From: an uncultured bacterium
GTDB lineage: Bacteria > Fidelibacterota > Marinisomatia > Marinisomatales > UBA1611
NCBI GenBank assembly: GCA_965660855.1
Contig: CBFIBM010000013.1
Location: 1-52,720 of the forward strand
DNA: 52,720 nucleotides
Direction: 5' to 3'
In this document: piece by piece, positions 10,286-18,484 of the stretch
Numbering within the stretch: the first letter of the stretch is position 1
Layout: each line of letters starts with the position of its first letter
The notes under the pieces: generated by a model
The model's input: only the letters and a program-made list of their open reading frames with translations
Databases searched by the model: none
Told to the model about the DNA's origin: nothing
Translations under genes and position numbers: made by a program

Positions 10286-10645
10286 ATGTCTACAAAAACA
10301 TTAACTACAGCTGTTGAAAAAATAGCGCCGACCTCGATTCTTAAGATCAGTGGGCCTTTTAATGATTTTCAAGCTAAAGAGGTGATTGAGATTATCAATG
10401 ATCTTCTAGCTCAAGAATTTGTTCATTTTATCATAAACTTTAAGTCATGTACTGAAGTAAATAATTATGGAGTTTCTGTTTTAATTAGTTTGGTTGGTTC
10501 TATAAGCGAAAAAAATGGTAAACTAGTTTTTACAAATTTAGATATGCATCTTGAAAAAAAATTAAAAATGATGGGACTAGCTGCATATGCTGAATTTTAT
10601 TCCGAAGATAAAAATGCATTAGAAGGTTTATTAAAACCTGATTAA
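10286..10645 (+). CDS. STAS-domain protein (anti-sigma-factor antagonist-like)
   Basis: Pattern ILKISGPF...FIINFKSCTEVNNYGVSVL...GKLVFTNL...LKMMGL...FYSEDKNAL matches the SpoIIAA/RsbV fold. It is adjacent to a SpoIIE phosphatase. Confidence 0.85.
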   Translation: MSTKTLTTAVEKIAPTSILKISGPFNDFQAKEVIEIINDLLAQEFVHFIINFKSCTEVNNYGVSVLISLVGSISEKNGKLVFTNLDMHLEKKLKMMGLAAYAEFYSEDKNALEGLLKPD

Positions 10646-10678
10646 AAACATCAATAGAAATTTAAATGGAATGCGACA

Positions 10679-13663
10679 ATGAATAACTTTTCTTTAAAAC
10701 TAATAATACTCTTTTCTATTATTTTTATTCCAGCTTTTGGTAAGACCTCCGATGGGCAATGGAAACAATATATATATACAGATGGTTTATCTAGTAATTA
10801 TATCTTTGATGTTGAAAAAGATGATAAACTAAGAATCTGGGTAGGAACTCAAAATGGAATTACATTAATTGATGGCCTGAATATCACTAAATATGGTGTG
10901 GCAGATGGTTTACCTGCCGCAAATATTATAAAAATAATTTCTTATAAAGATCAAATTTTTGCTGCTACTTCAAATCAAGGTATTTATACTTTGAAAAATA
11001 ATATGTTTCAAAAAGTTGATTTTGTTAAAGGGACTGATGTTTTTTCAATGGAAAAAGTTTCTGATAAAGTTTTTATTTCAACGAGTATAGAAAATATAAT
11101 GTACAATGGGACAAAGACCTCGTTTATGGGCAGAGGTTTTCCAAATGTTAAAGTGCGTGATGTATTTACAGATGGTGATAAAAACTGGTTTGTTTATAAT
11201 GATCATATAATTTTTGAGAAAAATAAAGGTTTTGGAACGGAGAAGATACCTTTTTCTGCTTCTGATGTAATTATTCAAGCTTATTTAATTGATGGATATA
11301 AAGAATATTTTGGTACTAATAAAGGGCTATGGTCAAGAATTGATAAAGGAAAAGTTCAATTGTTATCGAATATTAATGTTTTGAGTCTTGAAAAACTTAA
11401 TGATAACAATATAATTATAGGATCAAAAAGAGGACTTTATTCTTTAAACGAAAATATAGTTAATAAAATTACCCCAGAAATAACTGATACTAAAAAATTA
11501 GCAAAGACAGCTATCCGGGATATTGAAATAATCTCTGAGAACGAAATTTGGTATTCAACTTTCGGGATGGGTCTTTTTTTACATGATCCCGGTACATTTG
11601 TTACCATTGGTAAAAAAAGTGGATTAGATGTAGGTGGCATGATTTATGATATGGTTTCATATAAAAATAAAGTTTATGTTGCAACACGAAACGGGCTATT
11701 TGTTTACTTTGATGGTGAAATTCAAAATCACCTAACCAAAAGTAATGGGTTACCATCAAATACAATTTTAGATATGGATGTTGACTTTGATGGAGTACTT
11801 TGGTTAGCGACCACAAATGGACTTTCAAAATATGCAGGAAATAGTTTTAAAAATTATGGTAGAAAAGATGGTTTACCTGCAAAATTAGTCACAGCCGTTC
11901 ATGTTGATAAAAATGATAACTCTAAAATCTGGGTAGGTTCTGAACGTTCAGGTTTAACACGCTTTGATAAGAAGGGATTTTTTACATTCGCAAAACAAGA
12001 TGGATTACCTAGTAATTCTATAAGAGATATAACTCAATCAGATGATGGTTCTTTAATTATAGCGTGTTACAATGCTGGAGTGGTCAAATTTGATAATGAT
12101 AAATTTAAACTATTTGATAATGGTCTAGACGATAAAAGAGTAATTCTAGTCACAGTTGGACCTGATGAACAGATTTGGACTGGTACCGAGTCAGCTGGTC
12201 TTGCAATTTTAAAAGATAATAATACATTTAAAATGATTCGTGACTCCGACGGACTGGGTCACAATGAAATGTTTTCTTTAACATACGATGGAAGTAATGT
12301 TTGGGCTGGAACATTTGGAGGTGGAGTAAGTTGTTTTAACGAAGGTATTTGGTTTACTCTCAGAGAATCTGATGGGTTGAACAGTAATACCATCGGTGCT
12401 GTTATACTCTTGGAGGATAATAAAGTTCTAGTCGGTGGTAATAACGGGCTTTCTATATTGTCGTTGAAAAAAGAGGCGTTTAAGCTCAGTATAAGTAATA
12501 TTTTAACGCCCTCTGAGGAACTTTTATTTAATAAAGATATAAACCCTATCTCAGGAATAATCAAAGATAGATTTTTAATTTCTCTAAATCCAATGATCTA
12601 TAATCCAACCGGTGCAAAAATTAAATTTAGATCAAGGGTTATTTCAAATAATTCGAATGTAGGGGAGTGGTCAAATCTTGAATCTTCATCTCAAATTTCA
12701 TATGTTCCAGAGACTGTTGGAGCATATAATTTAGAAATCCAAGCAATAGATAATAGGATATCATTTTCCGAAGTTTTATCTATTCCATTTAAATTAGGCC
12801 GAGTATGGTACTTGGACCCAATAACTGCGGTACCATTCTGGGGAAGTATTATCCTTTTAATAGGTTTCTCATCAATTACATATATTAATTTTCGTAAAAA
12901 GAGTATTGAAGCACAGGAACTGAGAGATGCTGAAATAAAACGTCAGCAAGCAGAAATGGAAGAAGCTAGGGAGTTTCAACAGGCTATGCTTCCTAAGGAA
13001 ATGCCTATTACAGATGAATATGAAATGGTAGGATTTCAAAAAACTGCAACTGAAGTTGGTGGTGACTTTTATGATTTTGTCCAAAAAGATGATGGAAGAT
13101 GGATTGGAATTTGTGGGGATGCGACTGGTCATGGATTAACCTCAGGAAATGTAGTTTCGATAACAAAAACTGCTATGAGTTCATTGGTTAATGAGGATCC
13201 CGTTCCAACCTTAGATTCTTTAAATAAAACACTTCTTAAAATGAATATTGGTTTAAATAGAATGTGTTTAAATATTGCAAACCTTGGTGAAGACTCAATC
13301 CGATTTTCTTCCGCAGGTATGCCACCGGCATATTATTTTTCTGCAAAAAAAGATGAAGTTGAAGAGGTTCTGGTCGGTGCATTGCCATTGGGTTCATTTA
13401 AAAGTGCAATTCATATGGAACAAGAAATCAAGTTTAAAGATAAGGGTGACATTTTCGTTATGATGTCTGATGGTCTTCCCGAGGCAGAAAATTCAGAGGG
13501 TGAAATGGTTGGATATGAAAGGACTTTGGAATTGATTAGATCAATGTCTAATAAATCCGCTGAAGAAATAAAAAATGGATTGGTCGAAATGTGTGATGAA
13601 TGGCTTGGTAATACTGCCGAATTACAAGACGATATGACATTTGTGATAATAAAGAAAAAATGA
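10679..13663 (+). CDS. Membrane sensor: periplasmic two-component-regulator beta-propellers + Y_Y_Y domain + TM helix + SpoIIE/RsbU PP2C phosphatase
   Basis: Repeated DGL(P/S)SN.I....D..G.IW.GT..G units; Y_Y_Y-like GAYNLEIQAID; one TM (FWGSIILLIGFSSITYI); PP2C motifs EVGGDFYDF, GDATGHG, SDGLPEA and QDDMT. Confidence 0.9.
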   Translation: MNNFSLKLIILFSIIFIPAFGKTSDGQWKQYIYTDGLSSNYIFDVEKDDKLRIWVGTQNGITLIDGLNITKYGVADGLPAANIIKIISYKDQIFAATSNQGIYTLKNNMFQKVDFVKGTDVFSMEKVSDKVFISTSIENIMYNGTKTSFMGRGFPNVKVRDVFTDGDKNWFVYNDHIIFEKNKGFGTEKIPFSASDVIIQAYLIDGYKEYFGTNKGLWSRIDKGKVQLLSNINVLSLEKLNDNNIIIGSKRGLYSLNENIVNKITPEITDTKKLAKTAIRDIEIISENEIWYSTFGMGLFLHDPGTFVTIGKKSGLDVGGMIYDMVSYKNKVYVATRNGLFVYFDGEIQNHLTKSNGLPSNTILDMDVDFDGVLWLATTNGLSKYAGNSFKNYGRKDGLPAKLVTAVHVDKNDNSKIWVGSERSGLTRFDKKGFFTFAKQDGLPSNSIRDITQSDDGSLIIACYNAGVVKFDNDKFKLFDNGLDDKRVILVTVGPDEQIWTGTESAGLAILKDNNTFKMIRDSDGLGHNEMFSLTYDGSNVWAGTFGGGVSCFNEGIWFTLRESDGLNSNTIGAVILLEDNKVLVGGNNGLSILSLKKEAFKLSISNILTPSEELLFNKDINPISGIIKDRFLISLNPMIYNPTGAKIKFRSRVISNNSNVGEWSNLESSSQISYVPETVGAYNLEIQAIDNRISFSEVLSIPFKLGRVWYLDPITAVPFWGSIILLIGFSSITYINFRKKSIEAQELRDAEIKRQQAEMEEAREFQQAMLPKEMPITDEYEMVGFQKTATEVGGDFYDFVQKDDGRWIGICGDATGHGLTSGNVVSITKTAMSSLVNEDPVPTLDSLNKTLLKMNIGLNRMCLNIANLGEDSIRFSSAGMPPAYYFSAKKDEVEEVLVGALPLGSFKSAIHMEQEIKFKDKGDIFVMMSDGLPEAENSEGEMVGYERTLELIRSMSNKSAEEIKNGLVEMCDEWLGNTAELQDDMTFVIIKKK

Positions 13664-13755
13664 TGATAGCTTTATAGTATTAATCTAAATTAAACAAATA
13701 TCTAGATTTTTTATCTATGACTAACTAATTAAAAAAATAATAATTAATATATAAC

Positions 13756-16665
13756 ATGAAAAAAATAATATATCTTACCTTACTTATTCAATTTTGTTTA
13801 TCTCAATCCACTCAAAAAAATCATTTTATTTCTGGAAAAATAACCGATAAAAATGGCATTCCATTATTTGGAGCAAATGTAATTTTAAAACCTTCTTACT
13901 TGGGTAGCACCTCTGATGAAAATGGTTTTTATAGGATTGAAAATATCGATCCTGGAAAGTATACTCTTTTGATAACTTATATTGGCTATAAAAGTGAGCA
14001 AATTGATTTATATATTTCTGAGTTTGATTCAGATGAGGATTCTCAGGAACTAAGAACGGATTTTTCTTCCAAACTGGGACTTGAAGATGGCGAGAGTACG
14101 GATGAATTCGATGAAGAAGATTTTGGAATACTAAAAAGATCATTTTATGAAAATATGGACTTTTCATTGAAAGAAGATGCATTAGAAACGGAACAAATTG
14201 TTGTTTCAGCTACAAAGAAAAAAGAAAAATTAATAGATGCACCAATTACAATTGCTGTGGTATCTGAGCAGCAGATCCGTAAAACAGCTGGTGGAGATTT
14301 AGGTGCAATGCTTAAGACAGTTAGAGGTGTAGAAACTTACCAAGTAGGTATGGGAAGAACTGCGCTTAACGTCAGAGGTTTTATGAGTGCTTTTAATGGA
14401 AGATTTGTATCTCTTGTAGATGGTTTAAATTACATGGAACCAACATTTTATATTGCATATGGAAATACACTACCTTTTGTGAATGAGGATATTGAGAGAC
14501 TCGAAGTTGTTTTCGGACCAAGTTCTGCATTATACGGTCCTAATGCACATAATGGTTTGCTTAATGTGATAACAAAACATCCTAGAGATTCTGAAGGTAT
14601 TGGTATTGCCTTTGGATCTGGTTCAAGTGGATACAGATCCTTGCGTGCAAGAATTGCGCGGGCAAATGGTCCTTTGTCATTTAAATTTTCTCTTGAAAAC
14701 GTAAATGTCATGGATTGGGAGTATCCCAGGACTTTTGGACAGGATTACAATATGGATGGTGAGATAACATCGCAAGAAGATCACGAAAGAGTGTTATCAT
14801 GGAATTTTTGGGATGATACTGTACCGGAGATCTGGGATGATAAAAATCAAGATGGGCAATGGGATCACGTTGAAGAAATAGAAGTGATGACCTCAGACTT
14901 TGAAAGAGATATGACCAATACTAAAGCTAATTTACAATTATTTTACGAACTTACCCCTGAAACTGAGGTCTCGATTGGTCATGAACATTATTTTCAATCT
15001 GGATATCAGCCTTTTGATTCTGGTTTAAATTTTATTGATTATACAATGGGTTCAGTTTGGGCAAAACTAATAAGGAAAAATTCATTTGCAAGATTACATT
15101 GGTTAAAATCTACAGGAAGTGAGTATTGGAATTCTGATGGTGCATACCTAAATATGATGAGAAGGGATATGACCCTTGAGGAATCTGTTGATAAAACAAA
15201 AATTACTGATTTTGTAGTTACTGATGTATTAAGAGGAGACTTCCAAAATACCTTTACCTTAAAAAATGTTGATTTCATTGCTGGGGGCGACTTTGCTATC
15301 TATAGACCTAATAGTAACAGGCAATTTTTAGATGATAAAGGTCCAGTATCAAGGAATGAAAGTATAACCTTAGCCGATTCTACAAGAGGTGAGGAGATTG
15401 AAATAGAAGAATATGGTTCTTATCTACAAGGAACTTTCACATTACCATTTCAAACTAAATTTGTAACTGCTATTAGATACGATAAACATTCTTATTATGA
15501 CGCAAGAATTAGTCCTAGATATGCACTTCAATGGAATGGTTTAAGTTCTGGTAATATTAGATTTAGCTATAACAGAGCATTTCAAACTCCTAGTATATTT
15601 AACTTACATATGCTAAAGTTTTTTAATAGAGAAGATGGAGGAAATATATTACCTTTTATGTTTGATCCTGGAACTTGGGCCGACCTCGTCGTAAACATAA
15701 ACGACCCATTAATTCAAGAGCAAATCAATAATGAACAAATTGCATATAGTGACTTGTTTTTTAAATCAATGCAGACGCAATTTCGTGGTAATAAAGAAGG
15801 ATTTACAATTAATGAAACTATTATTATTCCTCCTCTGGATATCGAAACAGTTGAAAGTTACGAAATTGGCTTAAAGAAATTGTTTTTTGGTAACCTTTTC
15901 TTAGATGCTTCTTTTTTCTATTCAAAATATAAAAACTTTATAAGTCCTCTCAGGATACTTCATGATTTTTATCCATCAAATGCACCGTATCTTCCAGAAC
16001 AGGTAACTTCAATCGGGGACGATTTCATCTACGATGTAAATTCTAGAAATTTAAATGTTATATACTCTTATACTTCTACTTCTGGAGCATCAGTTTTTGG
16101 AACAGATATAATGGTCAAATATAATATTTTTAGTGATTTAGTGCTTTCAATTGGTCTTTCAATTTATGATGATCTTGAATTTGATGATGTAAATGATGTA
16201 GAGAGCAATCTTTATGAAGCTATAGAAATCGATTCGATAAAAAATGATACCCTTAAGTATTTTATTGAGAATTCTTTACAAAGTTTTTCTTTTCAACCAG
16301 GACAATTATATTTTAACGCTCCTAAAAATAAAGGATTTTTTGGTATATCTAAAGATGGTGTTTTTACAGAGAAATTATGGGTTCAGTTAACTGGTAATTA
16401 CACAGAGGAATTTGATTTTGTCAGCGGTTACCATGTTGCAACTTCAAATAGAAATCTAAATAGTCTCTCCCCTAATAGTATTTATGAAAATAAAGGACCC
16501 ATAGGAGGTGGATGGTTATTTGATTTACATTTACAATACAGTTTAAATGATCGGGTTAGGTTTAAACTTCAAATGAACAACTTATTGGATCAAGATGGCC
16601 CACGTGTTGTTGGAACACCTCCAATCAGGAGGAATGGTATTTTTGAAGTTATTTTTAAATATTAA
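13756..16665 (+). CDS. TonB-dependent outer-membrane receptor with an N-terminal carboxypeptidase-regulatory-like domain
   Basis: ISGKITD...GANV...G.Y.I..I.PGKYTL..TYIGY; TonB-box region EQIVVSATK; plug motif IERLEVVFGPSSALYGPNAHNGLLNVITK; terminal aromatic (IFKY). Confidence 0.93.
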   Translation: MKKIIYLTLLIQFCLSQSTQKNHFISGKITDKNGIPLFGANVILKPSYLGSTSDENGFYRIENIDPGKYTLLITYIGYKSEQIDLYISEFDSDEDSQELRTDFSSKLGLEDGESTDEFDEEDFGILKRSFYENMDFSLKEDALETEQIVVSATKKKEKLIDAPITIAVVSEQQIRKTAGGDLGAMLKTVRGVETYQVGMGRTALNVRGFMSAFNGRFVSLVDGLNYMEPTFYIAYGNTLPFVNEDIERLEVVFGPSSALYGPNAHNGLLNVITKHPRDSEGIGIAFGSGSSGYRSLRARIARANGPLSFKFSLENVNVMDWEYPRTFGQDYNMDGEITSQEDHERVLSWNFWDDTVPEIWDDKNQDGQWDHVEEIEVMTSDFERDMTNTKANLQLFYELTPETEVSIGHEHYFQSGYQPFDSGLNFIDYTMGSVWAKLIRKNSFARLHWLKSTGSEYWNSDGAYLNMMRRDMTLEESVDKTKITDFVVTDVLRGDFQNTFTLKNVDFIAGGDFAIYRPNSNRQFLDDKGPVSRNESITLADSTRGEEIEIEEYGSYLQGTFTLPFQTKFVTAIRYDKHSYYDARISPRYALQWNGLSSGNIRFSYNRAFQTPSIFNLHMLKFFNREDGGNILPFMFDPGTWADLVVNINDPLIQEQINNEQIAYSDLFFKSMQTQFRGNKEGFTINETIIIPPLDIETVESYEIGLKKLFFGNLFLDASFFYSKYKNFISPLRILHDFYPSNAPYLPEQVTSIGDDFIYDVNSRNLNVIYSYTSTSGASVFGTDIMVKYNIFSDLVLSIGLSIYDDLEFDDVNDVESNLYEAIEIDSIKNDTLKYFIENSLQSFSFQPGQLYFNAPKNKGFFGISKDGVFTEKLWVQLTGNYTEEFDFVSGYHVATSNRNLNSLSPNSIYENKGPIGGGWLFDLHLQYSLNDRVRFKLQMNNLLDQDGPRVVGTPPIRRNGIFEVIFKY

Positions 16666-16678
16666 AATAGAGAGAATA

Positions 16679-18484
16679 ATGAAATATATTTTAGATTTAT
16701 ATAAGTTGCTTGGATTAACCTTGTTTTTGAGTTCATGTATGGAGCCTATATTTGAAAGTGAAGACCAATATTCAGACTATACAGATAATAAACTAAACGA
16801 TCCAAATAATGGATGGCCAAACGGTACTTTTGCAGATGATTTTAATTCTTGGGGTGCATTCTCAAATGAAAATTCTGATATTTCTATTGATTCAACTGTT
16901 TTAGTACAAAATTCTTTGTTAAATGATATTTCTTCCGTTAAACTTGTAGGAAACAGTTATCTTCAATCTTCTAATGGATGGACCGGAATTTATAGCTATT
17001 TTTCATATATCCCAGGAGATTCACTTATTTACACATTTTACTACATGATACCAGAAACGCTTAATATTGTAGAGAATTCTCCTGCATTTCATTTGCAAAT
17101 TCGAAATAGATGTGTTGATTCTGACAATAATGCATTTATTCCAACTACGATAGATGAGGAATACTTTATTGGTAATGAAGAATTAGAATTTTCAATCATT
17201 GCGGATGGTTCATGGAGGCCTATAACATATAAATCTGCATATAGTGATACTGAATGTGAAGGGCAATACTTTCGACTTGGTTTGCAAGAATGGTCTGTTT
17301 TTGATGAAAATTATGAAGGAGAAAGGCCAATTATCCTTTATTTGGATAATTTTAATATTTCTGTAAAAAACAATATTAATCCATCTCCATCAAATTTTAA
17401 TATAATCTACCCAAATAACGGTGATATATTTAATTTAGATACAATTATTAACTTTCAAACAATTCCCTTTCGCTGGGAGGAGTCTACTGATCTTGATACT
17501 ATTATCTATACAAATAGAATGGTAGCAGAAATTCCAACAGAAGATATTCCGATTGCTGATGGATTTGAAGATTTTGAGATTTTGCAAAGAGTAAACCCCA
17601 TAACAAATGAATTCTTTGATTACAAAATGCCGAGAGGGTATTCGCTCAACTTTTGGAATGGATCTGGAAATTACATTCAATTCCAATCAGATTGGTCTTC
17701 ATATTTTTCTACGTGGGTTACTGACTCTATTTCTAAAAATGGATCGCATAGTTTAAGAATGGGACATGTAAATTCTATAGATAAAACTCATTACACTACC
17801 TTGTGGTTAAGACTTTCGCAGGTAGCAGATAACCTTAAAAAAGATAGATTGCAACCCGGTACAAAAATCACGGTAAATGGGTATTTGATGACACCGAGTG
17901 GAGATCCATTAACTGGAAATAATACAGCAACTCTTGGAATATATTGTCAAACGGGGGATTGGATTACAAGTAATAGTCCTGTTATAAATAGTGATTCTGA
18001 ACCAGATATATGGCACCCATTTCAAGTGGAAATGACGATTGGAGAAAACACCTACTTTCCTAACACTACGAATTCGGGTGTACTTTTTAAATACAATCAA
18101 TTTGAGGGAGGATCGGGTTCAGTGTATTTTGATGATGTAACTGTATCAACCTCTAAGCCCATGACTTATGTAGTGACTAATTATTTTGATGCAACAACGT
18201 CTTCTACAAATACAATGATGTCTGCTTCATATTTAAATAACCTATTTAGCTTTATAAAAAGTGATTTTTCAGGACTTAACTTTTCAGAAGTAAATTTTAA
18301 ATGGAGTATTCTATCAACAGATAATATTAGTCGAGTAGAGGCATTAAACTCACCAATCACATTTACAATAATTGATTCATCTCAATATGGATTTCAAAGT
18401 TTAAACACTCCGATAAATAATTTAAATATAACTCCTTCATCTGATGGATTTTTATATGAAAATTTTCCAGGTGAGTTACAATGA
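16679..18484 (+). CDS. Surface lipoprotein with two putative carbohydrate-binding (CBM-like) domains and a SusE/FN3-like domain
   Basis: The ATG at 16679 gives lipobox LSSC (the listed 16595 start overlaps the TBDR). NGTF/DGFE...LYLDNF/VYFDDV domain signatures. It lies directly after the TBDR. Confidence 0.75.
   Translation: MKYILDLYKLLGLTLFLSSCMEPIFESEDQYSDYTDNKLNDPNNGWPNGTFADDFNSWGAFSNENSDISIDSTVLVQNSLLNDISSVKLVGNSYLQSSNGWTGIYSYFSYIPGDSLIYTFYYMIPETLNIVENSPAFHLQIRNRCVDSDNNAFIPTTIDEEYFIGNEELEFSIIADGSWRPITYKSAYSDTECEGQYFRLGLQEWSVFDENYEGERPIILYLDNFNISVKNNINPSPSNFNIIYPNNGDIFNLDTIINFQTIPFRWEESTDLDTIIYTNRMVAEIPTEDIPIADGFEDFEILQRVNPITNEFFDYKMPRGYSLNFWNGSGNYIQFQSDWSSYFSTWVTDSISKNGSHSLRMGHVNSIDKTHYTTLWLRLSQVADNLKKDRLQPGTKITVNGYLMTPSGDPLTGNNTATLGIYCQTGDWITSNSPVINSDSEPDIWHPFQVEMTIGENTYFPNTTNSGVLFKYNQFEGGSGSVYFDDVTVSTSKPMTYVVTNYFDATTSSTNTMMSASYLNNLFSFIKSDFSGLNFSEVNFKWSILSTDNISRVEALNSPITFTIIDSSQYGFQSLNTPINNLNITPSSDGFLYENFPGELQ

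Noticed and set aside
10679..13663. Calling the sensor a hybrid two-component histidine kinase
   Set aside because: There are no HisKA, HATPase, REC or AraC motifs. The cytoplasmic part is entirely PP2C.
16595..16678. Listed upstream start of the lipoprotein
   Set aside because: It overlaps the TBDR 3' end. The Met at 16679 gives a proper lipoprotein signal.
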